A stretch of DNA of 64,000 nucleotides, from assembly GCA_963806855.1 (NCBI GenBank), contig CAWDYW010000001.1, positions 32,001 through 96,000 of the forward strand, given 5' to 3'. Below, piece after piece: positions 1 to 11,696 of this stretch. The DNA comes from an uncultured Verrucomicrobiae bacterium (GTDB lineage: Bacteria > Chlamydiota > Chlamydiia > Chlamydiales > Rhabdochlamydiaceae). The stretch's first letter is position 1, and the number at the start of each line of letters is the position of its first letter. The translations under genes and the position numbers were made by a program. The notes under the pieces were generated by a model that was not told the origin of the DNA, made no database searches, and saw only the letters and a program-made list of their open reading frames with translations.

Positions 1-234
1 ACAACATCCCAGAAGCCCTCAGGAAAGCCCACTATCCTCATGAATATGATCCAATCAGAGCAAGAAATCGCCTGGAAAATGCACGGCTGCCCCTTTTCAA
101 CTTTAATTAGTTCTGGGATTTTATTATCCGATTTGGATAATTATATAGAATTTGCCAAAGAAAATGGCTGGCGACTCATCATCCAGAGAGAGTCGGCAAA
201 CTGGTCAGGCTTTATTTTTGAGGTGGAAGAATGA
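1..234 (+). CDS. C-terminal fragment of a probable SAM-dependent methyltransferase (PrmA-like), 5' end outside the window
   Basis: Frame 1 is open from base 1. The ILMNMI...LISSGIL...W..F pattern resembles the PrmA C-terminus. The stop overlaps the next ATG (ATGA). Confidence 0.4.
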   Translation, partial: TTSQKPSGKPTILMNMIQSEQEIAWKMHGCPFSTLISSGILLSDLDNYIEFAKENGWRLIIQRESANWSGFIFEVEE

Positions 235-1496
235 AAAAACAATATTTTTTAGCATGGATCATCTGGCTATTAAGCGCATTATTCATGTTCTATAAATATG
301 CGATCGAAGTCTCTCCCAGTGTGATGACCGATCATCTTATGAAAGCCTTCAACATTGACGGCGCACAGCTCGGCAACCTAGCCGCCTGCTATTTCTACTC
401 CTACTTGATCATGCAAATTCCTGGCGGTCTCCTCATCGACCGTTATGGCCCACGCAAAGTGACCAGTATCGCAATCGGCATCTGCGGCCTCGGCACCATT
501 TTGTTTGCCAGCTCGAATATTCTCTTCGTCGCCCAGCTTGGACGCTTCATGAGCGGTTTTGGAGCTGCATTCGCCGCGATGAACTGCCTTAAACTGACCG
601 GGAACTGGTTCCCAGCGAAGCGCTTTGCAGTGATGGCAGGCCTCATGATGTCGCTCGGCATGCTCGGAGCCGTTGGCGGCCAGGCCCCTCTCTCCGCTTT
701 CATCAATGCCCTCGGTTGGCGCTCTGCCCTCTTCGCGATCGGCGTCACCGGCCTATTCCTCTGCGCCCTGTTCTGGCTCGTCGTCAGAGATCGCGCAAAG
801 CACCACATTCAAATGAATCTCACGCCAGAAAAAACCGATCTTTGGAAAAGCTGCCGCTCGGTCTTTAAAAGCAAGCAATCCTGGCTCCTTTCAGTCTATA
901 GCGGCCTCGCCTTCGCGCCGATCACCGTCTTCGGCGGACTCTGGGGTGTGCCCTTCATTTCTGAAGCCTTTTCCCTCAGTAAAACCAACTCCGCCCATGT
1001 CGTGTCGCTCATCTTTTTCGGCTTTGCGGCAGGCGCTCCTATCTGGGGGTGGCTCTCCGACTTCATCAGCAACCGCAAAAAGGTGATGTTCGTCGGGACG
1101 ATCCTCTCCACCATCGCATTTTGCTTCGTCCTCTACTTCCCCATCTCGGTTTGGCAGCTCAGCGTCCTGATGTTTGCCTTTGGCTTCTTCATCAGCTCAT
1201 TCCTCGTCTGCTTCACCATGATCCGAGAAATCAATGCCCCAGCTGTCGCCGCCACCGCCATCGGCTTTATGAATTCTTTCGACGCGCTCCTCGGAGCCCT
1301 ATCCGATCCGCTGACAGGAAAATTCCTCGATATGGGCTGGCAAGGCAAAATCGTCGACGGTGTCCGGATCTTTTCTGTGACGACCTATAAATGGGCCCTC
1401 ACCACCGTCCCGATCTATTTGATCGCAGCAATAGTCATCCTCTTCTTCGTGAAGGAGACCTACTGCAAGAGCTCATATCCCAACACGATGCCTTAA
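231..1496 (+). CDS. MFS transporter
   Basis: 421 aa, about 12 hydrophobic segments, MFS motif A GLLIDRYGPRK repeated as GWLSDFISNRKK. Confidence 0.92.
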   Translation: MKKQYFLAWIIWLLSALFMFYKYAIEVSPSVMTDHLMKAFNIDGAQLGNLAACYFYSYLIMQIPGGLLIDRYGPRKVTSIAIGICGLGTILFASSNILFVAQLGRFMSGFGAAFAAMNCLKLTGNWFPAKRFAVMAGLMMSLGMLGAVGGQAPLSAFINALGWRSALFAIGVTGLFLCALFWLVVRDRAKHHIQMNLTPEKTDLWKSCRSVFKSKQSWLLSVYSGLAFAPITVFGGLWGVPFISEAFSLSKTNSAHVVSLIFFGFAAGAPIWGWLSDFISNRKKVMFVGTILSTIAFCFVLYFPISVWQLSVLMFAFGFFISSFLVCFTMIREINAPAVAATAIGFMNSFDALLGALSDPLTGKFLDMGWQGKIVDGVRIFSVTTYKWALTTVPIYLIAAIVILFFVKETYCKSSYPNTMP

Positions 1497-1497
1497 G
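1432..1497 (+). repeat. Direct repeat copy 1: 3' end of the MFS gene
   Basis: 66 bp, matches 3241-3306 at 64/66. Confidence 0.97.
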
Positions 1498-1524
1498 GTC
1501 GGCAAAAACGTACAAAATCGAGAA

Positions 1525-2751
1525 TTATTCCTTATAAAGAGGAATTGTTTTAAGATGATTGTTGATAACTGCAATTATTCCACTTTCGAGTGAGAAATCA
1601 CCAATCGATTGCCAGAGTTTTGTAAAATCCAGTACTGTTGTTCTGACTGTATCAAGGACTAATGCCTCAGATAACTTTGCTTTATTGGCAAAGCGTTTAA
1701 ATTGCTCATAGTTAATGGAGTTGAATGCTTTTGAATCTACAAATGATAATGCCAGCTCATCTGCAGGCAAGTATGGAATTGTCGAAACAAAATCATAGGC
1801 AGGAGCAAGGGCTGCATTTTTTTTGTCGGAATAAATCAGAGACCAATTTTTAAGGTGCATATCGCCGTTGCCAATCAGGATATTAAAAACCAATCTTCGA
1901 ATAAATTCACTAATGCCCTCTTCACCTACTTCTGACCAAATGACTTCTGCGATATTTCGGTAGCTTGCAGAGCTATATTTTTTTTCTGGGAATAAACCAA
2001 AAATTTGCGCAAAGTCTTCGATATGGACTCCATCTCCTTCGGGTGTTCTATCAAATCTTTTGATGATGAATGCATGGTTGGCTATCCGACCGATATTTTT
2101 TGGCATTCCTTGAATTTGATCGATAGGAATAAGAGCGGTTTCCGGCACATTTATCCCAAGATGTCTAGCTAATTCCATCATGACATATTCATTTTCGGGC
2201 ACACCAGAGTATATTGATGAGGGAAGTTTTACAATCCACGACCCGCCGACACCGTTGACAGGGATCGTCAACCCTCCCTCATTTTCCCAGACAGCTGAAA
2301 ATTTGAGCTGTACTCCTGCCAAAGAAAAACGGAGCACTGCTTTTTCTTTTTCTAAGCCAAGAAGTTCCTCCATAGGCTCATTTTTTTCTTTATCCCAATG
2401 ACCGTTGTTTATGGTACGAACCGTGAGAGCTCCTGGTAGATCTTTACCGAGTGCTGCTAAAAGATAAAATTCTCTCTGAGGATTAGTTTTTGCTTGTGCG
2501 GCTAAATATTCCCTCATATGGCCTTCGGGTAATAAATTGGCGAAAAAAGGGGGGAGCCGTGTTCTTGTAGGTGTAACATTTGTAATTAAATCGCCCATTG
2601 AATCCTTAAACGATAAACTTAAAGTGGGGCGATCGGCGTCTGCAATATACTCTTCTTTAAACGACAATATATTTCTATCACCCGGCAAATGAGTCAACGT
2701 AGCAATGTGCCGATCGTGTAATAAAATTTCGAGAATAGCAATTTCAGACAT
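1525..2751 (-). CDS. hipA: HipA-family Ser/Thr kinase toxin
   Basis: N-terminal FFANLLPEG coupling domain, SLAGVQLK, WIVK, KRFDR, H-x-EDFAQ, NGDMHLKNWS, LAPAYD. Confidence 0.95.
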   Translation of the reverse strand: MSEIAILEILLHDRHIATLTHLPGDRNILSFKEEYIADADRPTLSLSFKDSMGDLITNVTPTRTRLPPFFANLLPEGHMREYLAAQAKTNPQREFYLLAALGKDLPGALTVRTINNGHWDKEKNEPMEELLGLEKEKAVLRFSLAGVQLKFSAVWENEGGLTIPVNGVGGSWIVKLPSSIYSGVPENEYVMMELARHLGINVPETALIPIDQIQGMPKNIGRIANHAFIIKRFDRTPEGDGVHIEDFAQIFGLFPEKKYSSASYRNIAEVIWSEVGEEGISEFIRRLVFNILIGNGDMHLKNWSLIYSDKKNAALAPAYDFVSTIPYLPADELALSFVDSKAFNSINYEQFKRFANKAKLSEALVLDTVRTTVLDFTKLWQSIGDFSLESGIIAVINNHLKTIPLYKE

Positions 2752-3037
2752 CTTCCTCCTCTTTCTCTAAACTATACAAAGGAATTGTTGTTGTTTTGTT
2801 GCTGAGGAGCGAGTTAATAACCGGTATTAAATGTCGGGGGACTAGCATGAGTTCCAGATCAAGCGCTCGTGCTATTTCAACGAGACTGGAGGTCTGAAGA
2901 TCAGTTTCCCCTCTTTCAATTTTAGATAGATGTCCTTGGGGCACTTTTGTTTTTCTGCTTAGCTCTCTTTGACTAAGGTTTTTTCTCTGTCTAGCCGCTT
3001 TTAACTCTGCGACCAAATGGGCTATCGAATGAATCAT
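2744..3037 (-). CDS. HipB-like XRE helix-turn-helix antitoxin
   Basis: LKAARQRKNLSQRELS...HLSKIERGE Cro/C1 HTH, directly upstream of and overlapping hipA. Confidence 0.9.
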   Translation of the reverse strand: MIHSIAHLVAELKAARQRKNLSQRELSRKTKVPQGHLSKIERGETDLQTSSLVEIARALDLELMLVPRHLIPVINSLLSNKTTTIPLYSLEKEEEDV

Positions 3038-3240
3038 CTGATACCTTATAATGTATACCGCTGTTTGTCTTATATATTAAAACACATCATGATTCAACGC
3101 AACCCCCCAAAATTAAATTTGCAGCGCTTCTTATTAACCTTTAAATATAAAGGACTTATATTCAATCCCTGCAAAATTACATCGCTTTTGGAATTTTTAC
3201 ATGCAAAATGCCAAAGGAGTTGGAAATATGCATATGAAAT

Positions 3241-3306
3241 TAGTCATCCTCTTCTTCGTGAAGGAAACCTACTGCAAGAGCTCATATCCCAACACGATGC
3301 CGTAAG
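3241..3306 (+). repeat. Direct repeat copy 2: orphan 3' end of the MFS gene including its stop codon
   Basis: Encodes VILFFVKETYCKSSYPNTMP*. The two differences from copy 1 are synonymous. Confidence 0.97.
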
Positions 3307-3315
3307 TTTGCTTTG

Positions 3316-3642
3316 CTATATTTTGATAATATTTAAAATACGATCATTCAATTTTGCCACTTCATGGGGACCTTTCTGACTTGTTGCACTCTTTATAGAT
3401 TGCAGCCGCTCTTTTACCTGTTCAGAAGTCAATTTCGACTGTTCAACACCATCTATTTGTACAGAAGAAAACTCACGCTTTTCGCCATGAAGGATGCCAG
3501 CACACTCATAAACAAGAGTGATATGTTGGATCGTTCCTGCAATTTTGTAAGTGTAATCTTCTTCCCTCACAGGATAAAGCACAACTAGATCGAGCAGATC
3601 GGCCTCTCTTGTTTTTAGAAATGAAACACTTGGCGTACTCAT
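3316..3642 (-). CDS. Hypothetical protein
   Basis: 108-aa ORF with an AAGGA RBS, directly downstream of putP. No recognisable motif. Confidence 0.6.
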   Translation of the reverse strand: MSTPSVSFLKTREADLLDLVVLYPVREEDYTYKIAGTIQHITLVYECAGILHGEKREFSSVQIDGVEQSKLTSEQVKERLQSIKSATSQKGPHEVAKLNDRILNIIKI

Positions 3643-3661
3643 CTAGTTGTCCTTTTGTTAA

Positions 3662-5083
3662 TCAGATGCTTTCATTTTTGACTGGCACAGCACTGGTCAT
3701 TCTGGATGCGAGATGGATCGCGATCAGGGCGAGTGGGAAGGCGACGATGAGGGGAGGGATCTTCCATCCTAAGAGGGGCCAAATCGCCACAGTGCCGCCA
3801 CCGACCACCATACCGACCCAGGCTGCTGTCGAAGTGAGCCGCTTCGAGTAGAGGGTAGCGATCATGAGGGGGCCAAAGGAGGCGCCGAGACCCGACCAGG
3901 CATACATCACCAGCTGATCGATCGTCGCTACTTTTGAGAGGGCGATTCCCATGGCGATCAGTGCAGAGAGTGCGCTGGCGAGCCGGGTGACTAAAAGCCC
4001 TTCTTTCTCTGAGCAATCCGTCCGTAAAAACCGCTTGTAGATGTCTTCGGTGATAGTTGTGGAAAGGACGAGGAGCATCGAGCCGACCGAGTTGATGATC
4101 GTCGCGATGATCGCGCAGAGGAATATCCCCGAAATGAACGGTGGGAAATAGTTGTGGACCAATTCAATGAAGACCTGTTCGTGATCGGGAAGTCCGGTTC
4201 CAAAGACGGCAATCCCTACAAAGCCGACCAAGGTAGCCCCGAGGAGGGAGAGGAAGTGCCAGGTCATCCCAATTCTGCATGCGCCACGGATCTGCTGTGG
4301 GTCTTTGATGCCCATGAATTTCGTCAAAATATGAGGTTGGCCAAAATAGCCGATTCCCCATCCGAGCATCAGCAAGATGCTGTTCCAAAGCGAAAGAGGA
4401 TCATTAGTGGAAAATAGGCTGAACGATTTCCCATGGCTTTTCACCGCCTGAATCACCGCATTGACTCCTCCAAAATCTACTCCGATGTAAAGGGGGACAA
4501 ATAGGATCACGCTCAGGAGAAAAAGGCCTTGGAAGAGGTCGACTTTTGCCAAGGTCAAATAGCCGCCGATGAGTACATAGGGGAGGATCAGCGCAACACC
4601 GAGGATAATGGCTGTGACGTATGAGACTGGGAAGAGGGTTTTGACGAGGAGTCCCATTCCATATAGCGTTACAGCGACATAAATGGTGTAAAACAAAAAG
4701 AGAAAGACTGACGTGACGAGGCGGCCAATTGGCCAATTTTGTCCCAATTTCTGCTCAAAAAAGCCGGTGATGGTGATGCTGGAGGTCTTTTCAGTCTCTC
4801 TGCGTACTCGAGGCGCAATAAGACGCCAGTTGACCCACATCATCAGCAGGAGGCCAATCGCGACCCACATCTGCTGTCCGCCGATCAGAAAAACCATTCC
4901 AGGATAGGCCATGAATAGCCAGTTGCTCATATCGCTCGCATGAGCAGCTAAAGCGGTCGTCCAGCGGTTTAGCGATCGATTGCCGATGACAAAATCGCGC
5001 TGGGTCAGCGACCGTTTCTGCTTTGTAATGGCAAAGCCAATTAGAAATGAAAAGTAGATACAGATGGCTAAAAACTCAGTCAT
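3662..5083 (-). CDS. putP: Sodium:proline symporter
   Basis: SSS-family motifs ALAAHASDMSNWLFMAYPG, GYFGQPHILTKFM, YAWSGLGASFGP; lies near putA. Confidence 0.9.
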   Translation of the reverse strand: MTEFLAICIYFSFLIGFAITKQKRSLTQRDFVIGNRSLNRWTTALAAHASDMSNWLFMAYPGMVFLIGGQQMWVAIGLLLMMWVNWRLIAPRVRRETEKTSSITITGFFEQKLGQNWPIGRLVTSVFLFLFYTIYVAVTLYGMGLLVKTLFPVSYVTAIILGVALILPYVLIGGYLTLAKVDLFQGLFLLSVILFVPLYIGVDFGGVNAVIQAVKSHGKSFSLFSTNDPLSLWNSILLMLGWGIGYFGQPHILTKFMGIKDPQQIRGACRIGMTWHFLSLLGATLVGFVGIAVFGTGLPDHEQVFIELVHNYFPPFISGIFLCAIIATIINSVGSMLLVLSTTITEDIYKRFLRTDCSEKEGLLVTRLASALSALIAMGIALSKVATIDQLVMYAWSGLGASFGPLMIATLYSKRLTSTAAWVGMVVGGGTVAIWPLLGWKIPPLIVAFPLALIAIHLASRMTSAVPVKNESI

Positions 5084-5127
5084 GCGGAGTATGATAGCAG
5101 AATGGAATTAATTTGTCTCTCAAATGG

Positions 5128-6771
<1,644 letters not shown>

Positions 6772-7050
6772 TTATTCTCCAAATTTACAGAGGATTTCGT
6801 CTTCAGATAGAATGAGATATTGCTCATCCACATCGGTACCGGCGTACGAGCTGAATAGGACCCGGTCGCCTGCTGCGATGTCAACTGGTTTTAAATTCCC
6901 AGATTCGTCATATCTGCCGGGGCCGACGGCGACCACTTCGCCCTCTTTCGGTTTTTCTTGGGCGCTGTCGGGAAGGAGGATCCCCCCTTTCGATGCGACC
7001 GCTTTTGATCGTTTAACTAAAATGCGATTTCCTAATGGCTTGATATTCAT
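6772..7050 (-). CDS. groES: Co-chaperonin GroES
   Basis: IKPLGNRILV, GGILLPDSAQEKP, VVAVGPG. Confidence 0.97.
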   Translation of the reverse strand: MNIKPLGNRILVKRSKAVASKGGILLPDSAQEKPKEGEVVAVGPGRYDESGNLKPVDIAAGDRVLFSSYAGTDVDEQYLILSEDEILCKFGE

Positions 7051-7129
7051 AAGAGACTCCTAGAAAAGGAAATACTAATGCATTTCGAATTTCCTTTCGA
7101 TTAAATTTATTTTTTGATATTTCGAGATC

Positions 7130-10100
7130 ATGAACGAAAAAACTTCTCCCCGTATTCAGCAAGCCCGGGCTAAACTCGAAGGGCATCGAAATCGACCTCT
7201 CAGCCCCGCTGCTAGAGAAAAAGAGACTGTCGAGCTCGCCGCTTTGATGCTCGAAGAGGCGATCGCCATTCAAACTTCAGAAGAGAGGCGCCAGCAAGCT
7301 GAGATTGCCCGGATGATGACCGATCCGCGCGGCAAGTCCTTTACGATGATGATGACCGACGAGTGCTTTCGAAGCAAAAAGACCAAGCGGATTGCCGAAC
7401 AGATCATCTATCTCTTAAGCCAATTTGGGGTCCCCCGGTATCTCGACTCATTTAAGCGCTTTGGGCTCGAGATGTTTAAAATCTTCGGGAAGGCGTTTCA
7501 TTTTATTTTAGTCCCCCTAGCGATTGGTGAGCTGCGCAAAAACACTTCAAAAGTGATCCTCCCAGGCGAAAAAGCTGCCCTCTCAGCCCACATGGCCAAG
7601 CGACGCAAAGAGGGAGTCCGGCTCAACCTCAACCACTTGGGCGAAGCGATCCTCGGGGAAGAGGAGGCGATCCACCGGCTCAATATCTATCTAAAAGATC
7701 TTGAGGAAAGCGACATTGAATATATCTCGATCAAAATTTCGACTATTTTTTCTCAAATCAATTTGCTTGATTGGGATAAGACAGTGGAAATTTTGGCTGA
7801 GCGTCTGCGCCAACTATACCGGAAAGCTCAAGCCAACCGCTTCAAACGAGCCGATGGGACCGAAGTGCCTAAGTTCGTCAACCTCGATATGGAAGAGTAT
7901 CGAGACCTGCTTCTGACCAAAGATCTCTTTAAAAAATTGCTCGACGAAGAGGAATTTAAAGATTTTTCAGCCGGGATCGTTCTGCAGGCCTATATTCCCG
8001 ATAGTTTTGTCATCTTTCAAGAGCTAACCGAATGGGCGATGAAGCGGCGGCAGAAAAAGGGCGCCCCCATTAAAGTGCGCATTGTGAAAGGGGCCAACTT
8101 GGCGATGGAGCAATTTGAGGCGAGCCTGCGCGATTGGGCCCAGACTCCCTATAAGACCAAAGCCGAGGTTGACGCCAACTACAAGCGAATGGTCCAATAT
8201 GGATGTAAACCTGAGCATGCTGATGCCGTTCATCTTGGGATCGCGAGCCATAACCTCTTCGACATTGCCTATGCGATGCTCGTCCGAGTTGAAAATGGGG
8301 TCGAAAAAGAGGTCACTTTCGAGATGCTCGAAGGGATGGCCGACCATATCCGGCGCGTCGTCCAGCAGCTGACAGGCGATATTCTGCTCTATTGCCCCGT
8401 TGCCACCAAAAAAGATTTCCAAAGCGCGATCGCCTATTTGATCAGAAGGCTCGATGAAAATACCGGTCCTGAGAACTTCCTGCGCCATAGTTTCGGCTTG
8501 AAGCCCGGCAGCCAAGAGTGGAAGGACCAAGTGGAGCTCTTCTCTAAAGCCTGTCAAGAAACAAGCAGCGTCAGCGCCGAACCGAGACGGCAGCAAAATC
8601 GATTTGACCCTCCCCAGAAGCACAGCATCGACACCCCCTTCGAATTTGAGGCCGACACCGACTATGCTCTGCCTCAAAACCAAAAATGGGTCCATGGGGT
8701 AATAAGCGATTGGAAAAAGAAGACATTCAATACGATTCCCCTCGTCATCGACGGCAAAGAGATCCAAAGAGATGAAAAAGGCTCTGGCAGCGAACCCTCC
8801 AGCCCCAATACGCCATTCTATCACTACAGCCTAGCCTCTTGGAACGACATCGACGATGCGCTCAGCGTCGCCAAATCAAAAGAGTCGAGCTGGAAATCCA
8901 AAAGCGCTCGCGAGCGGGCCCAGCTCCTGGCCAACGTCGCCTACAAAATGCGTGAAAAGCGTGCGGATCTAGTCGGCGTCATGATGAAAGATGGGGGCAA
9001 AACCGCCTATGAAACCGATCCTGAAATTTCTGAGGCGATCGATTTTGCCGAATACTACGCCCGCAGCATGCTCGCCTTCGACGAAATGAAAGAGATCGAA
9101 TTCTCTCCTCTGGGCACCGTCCTCGTCGCCCCGCCATGGAACTTCCCCATCTCGATCCCTGCTGGTGGAATTTCCGGCGCCCTTGTCACAGGCAACTGCG
9201 TCCTCTTTAAACCTGCTCCTGAAGCGGTCCTCTCAGGCTGGATCCTCGTCAACCTCTTCTGGGAAGCCGGCATCCCCAAAGATGTGCTCCAATTTGTCAA
9301 TTGCGTCGACGAACCTGTTGGAAGTCAATTGATCAAAGATCAGCGCGTCAACGCCGTCATCCTCACGGGAGGCACCTCGACAGCTCGCCTCTTCATGAAA
9401 ATGCGTCCCAACCTCCGCCTCTCTGCTGAAACCGGCGGCAAAAACGCCATGATCATCTCAGGGATGGCGGACCGCGACCTCGCAATCAAAGACCTCATTC
9501 AATCCGCCTTTGGCCACTCAGGGCAAAAATGTAGCGCTGCCTCTCTCGCGATCCTCGAAGCAGAAGTGTACGACGATGACAATTTCCTCCGTCAGCTGAA
9601 AGATGCCGTCGAAAGCATCCGTGTCGGCGCTTGCTGGGACCTCGCCTCAAAAGTGATTCCCATGATCCGGGCCCCCGAAAAAGCGCTCCTCAAAGGACTG
9701 ACCACTCTCGATGCTGGCGAAAAATGGCTCGTCGAACCGAAACAAGATCCCGACAACCCTAACCTCTGGTCTCCTGGCGTTAAATTGGGAGTCAAAGAGG
9801 GCAGCTTCATGCACACCACCGAGCTCTTCGGCCCCGTTCTCGGCATCATGCGGGCTCGCAACCTCGAAGAGGCGATCCGTTTTGCCAATGGGACACCCTA
9901 TGGGCTCACCTCAGGGATCCACTCCCTCGACAAGCGCGAGATCAACGTCTGGATGAAAAAAATCGAATCGGGCAACTGCTACATCAACCGCGGCATCACC
10001 GGCGCGATCGTCCAGCGGCAACCCTTTGGCGGATGTAAAGCCAGCTCATTTGGCCACGGCTCAAAAGCGGGCGGCCCCAACTACCTCGCCCAATTCATGC

Positions 10101-10744
10101 ACAAAAAGCAAAAGAGCCTCCCCCAAGATAAAGCTCCAGCTTCGATCCAAATCAACGCCCTGACCGCCTTCATCAATCGGGTAGAACTCTCTTCGGAAGA
10201 GCTCGCCGCTTGGTTTGTCAGCACCGCCAACTACGCCCATTGGGCCCACTATTTTTACAAAGATCATGATCCCTCAAAAGTGGTCGGACAAGACAACATC
10301 CTCCGCTACGTCCCCAGAAAGAGGATGGCACTGCGGCTCCAGCCCCAAGACAAGCCGCTCGACTTCTTCCGCGTCCTAGCCGCCGCTCTCGCCTGCAAAA
10401 CCCATCTAGAAGTCTCCTACGATCCAAAAAACAGCCCCGTCAGCATCGATGCAGATTGGAAACAGAGCTTTAAAGAGTTTACCTTTGTTGCAGAGACTAG
10501 TGATGAATTCAATAAGCGAGTAAAGAAAGGGGCCTTCGACCGCATTAGATTACTCTCGAAACCCACGACTGATCTAGAGCTAGCTGCAAGCGAAAATGCG
10601 ACCTATCTCAATTTCGAGCCGGTCCTCGCTAGCGGAAGATTGGAGCTGCTCCATTACCTGCGCGAAGTGGCCTTCAGCATCGATTACCACCGCTATGGCA
10701 ACCTCGGCACCCGCGAAGGGGAGACACGTACGCCGATACTTTGA
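7130..10744 (+). CDS. putA: Bifunctional proline dehydrogenase / P5C dehydrogenase
   Basis: PRODH motifs NLDMEEY, VRIVKGAN, YLIRRLDEN; ALDH motifs PWNFP, AETGGKN, GQKCSA, ELFGP. Confidence 0.96.
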   Translation: MNEKTSPRIQQARAKLEGHRNRPLSPAAREKETVELAALMLEEAIAIQTSEERRQQAEIARMMTDPRGKSFTMMMTDECFRSKKTKRIAEQIIYLLSQFGVPRYLDSFKRFGLEMFKIFGKAFHFILVPLAIGELRKNTSKVILPGEKAALSAHMAKRRKEGVRLNLNHLGEAILGEEEAIHRLNIYLKDLEESDIEYISIKISTIFSQINLLDWDKTVEILAERLRQLYRKAQANRFKRADGTEVPKFVNLDMEEYRDLLLTKDLFKKLLDEEEFKDFSAGIVLQAYIPDSFVIFQELTEWAMKRRQKKGAPIKVRIVKGANLAMEQFEASLRDWAQTPYKTKAEVDANYKRMVQYGCKPEHADAVHLGIASHNLFDIAYAMLVRVENGVEKEVTFEMLEGMADHIRRVVQQLTGDILLYCPVATKKDFQSAIAYLIRRLDENTGPENFLRHSFGLKPGSQEWKDQVELFSKACQETSSVSAEPRRQQNRFDPPQKHSIDTPFEFEADTDYALPQNQKWVHGVISDWKKKTFNTIPLVIDGKEIQRDEKGSGSEPSSPNTPFYHYSLASWNDIDDALSVAKSKESSWKSKSARERAQLLANVAYKMREKRADLVGVMMKDGGKTAYETDPEISEAIDFAEYYARSMLAFDEMKEIEFSPLGTVLVAPPWNFPISIPAGGISGALVTGNCVLFKPAPEAVLSGWILVNLFWEAGIPKDVLQFVNCVDEPVGSQLIKDQRVNAVILTGGTSTARLFMKMRPNLRLSAETGGKNAMIISGMADRDLAIKDLIQSAFGHSGQKCSAASLAILEAEVYDDDNFLRQLKDAVESIRVGACWDLASKVIPMIRAPEKALLKGLTTLDAGEKWLVEPKQDPDNPNLWSPGVKLGVKEGSFMHTTELFGPVLGIMRARNLEEAIRFANGTPYGLTSGIHSLDKREINVWMKKIESGNCYINRGITGAIVQRQPFGGCKASSFGHGSKAGGPNYLAQFMHKKQKSLPQDKAPASIQINALTAFINRVELSSEELAAWFVSTANYAHWAHYFYKDHDPSKVVGQDNILRYVPRKRMALRLQPQDKPLDFFRVLAAALACKTHLEVSYDPKNSPVSIDADWKQSFKEFTFVAETSDEFNKRVKKGAFDRIRLLSKPTTDLELAASENATYLNFEPVLASGRLELLHYLREVAFSIDYHRYGNLGTREGETRTPIL
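10713..10737 (+). repeat. Segment of the putA 3' end, repeated at 12642-12666
   Basis: 22/25 identity, encodes EGETRT. Confidence 0.7.
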
Positions 10745-10785
10745 GGTTGTTTTATTTGATTATGACTTCTGATTGATCTGCTCTA

Positions 10786-10822
10786 TATACCCGATTCACA
10801 CTTTTGGGCGAGTCGGGGTATA
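10786..10822. mobile_element. Internally deleted copy of palindromic element family A
   Basis: tatacccga joined to ttcacacttttgggcgagtcggggtata, the same termini as the copies at 21621 and 58419. Confidence 0.85.
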
Positions 10823-10872
10823 ACTTGATTTCAGACATTTTTTTGAGGAACCATCTATTTACAGCAATGTGG

Positions 10873-11391
10873 CTATAGGATCGTACATTCTGGATTTACA
10901 TACCCGTATCTTGCGAGAGCACATTCGTAAGGATGTGCATCGCACAATGTTTGTTGCGCTGCCATAATTTCAGCGTCTCTTCTAACCTCTTCCTCAACAC
11001 CTTTATTCCACGCCTCAATACCATTTGAAATTTCAGGAATATGATAACAAACAACAGACCCAATTGAGGTTGCGGCTGCAGCAACACAAAGGTGTTCCAT
11101 ATTATTTTGAACTGTATCAAGTCGAGAAGCACGGTTAGCAAGTGCACCAACTTCTTTTTCAACTTCGCTCACTGGAATGCTAGCAAATTGTAAAAGAGTA
11201 CTCATAATCTCTGGAGAAGGCATATGGCCTGCTTTAGAAACTTCATTCCACTTTTTACATACCTGACGCATAGAAAGTCTATCCATCATCTCAGATTTTT
11301 TAAAGACCTCTCCAATTACTTCATTTGGAAGATCATCGATCGTTATTGGTACGTCTCTTTGAAGATCATTGATCGTTATTGAGCTCATCAT
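10873..11391 (-). CDS. F-box domain protein with coiled-coil and hydrophobic segment (candidate effector)
   Basis: IDDLPNEVIGEVFKK...DRLSMRQVCKKWNEV matches the F-box consensus. Confidence 0.85.
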   Translation of the reverse strand: MMSSITINDLQRDVPITIDDLPNEVIGEVFKKSEMMDRLSMRQVCKKWNEVSKAGHMPSPEIMSTLLQFASIPVSEVEKEVGALANRASRLDTVQNNMEHLCVAAAATSIGSVVCYHIPEISNGIEAWNKGVEEEVRRDAEIMAAQQTLCDAHPYECALARYGYVNPECTIL

Positions 11392-11398
11392 TTTCTCC

Positions 11399-11692
11399 TT
11401 AATTAAAATAGCGATTTTTTATATATCGCACACCACTCTCCAAAATGTAGAGGGCTAAGACACTCCCCACTGCTAAGGTTGCATTTAAGGCTGCATTAGA
11501 AACGGTATTTAAAGAATCAACCCTCTTCTCAAGCGATTGGGCTCGAGCATTAGTTTCTTCTGTCTCCCTCTCTATTGCAGGTAACTTTTCTTCAATATCC
11601 GCAATCGCTTCTTGCATTGCCTGCCATTTTTGATCCTCAATATTAGCATCGTATTGGTTAAAGCCAACTTGATTAGGTGTGATACCCGCCAT
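11399..11692 (-). CDS. Small coiled-coil protein with C-terminal membrane anchor
   Basis: Heptad-rich middle region, hydrophobic C-terminal segment, GGAG RBS. Confidence 0.65.
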   Translation of the reverse strand: MAGITPNQVGFNQYDANIEDQKWQAMQEAIADIEEKLPAIERETEETNARAQSLEKRVDSLNTVSNAALNATLAVGSVLALYILESGVRYIKNRYFN

Positions 11693-11696
11693 AAAT

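Noticed and set aside
3017..3379. 120-aa plus-strand ORF
   Set aside because: Spans the hipB upstream region and reads the MFS tail copy out of frame; no motif
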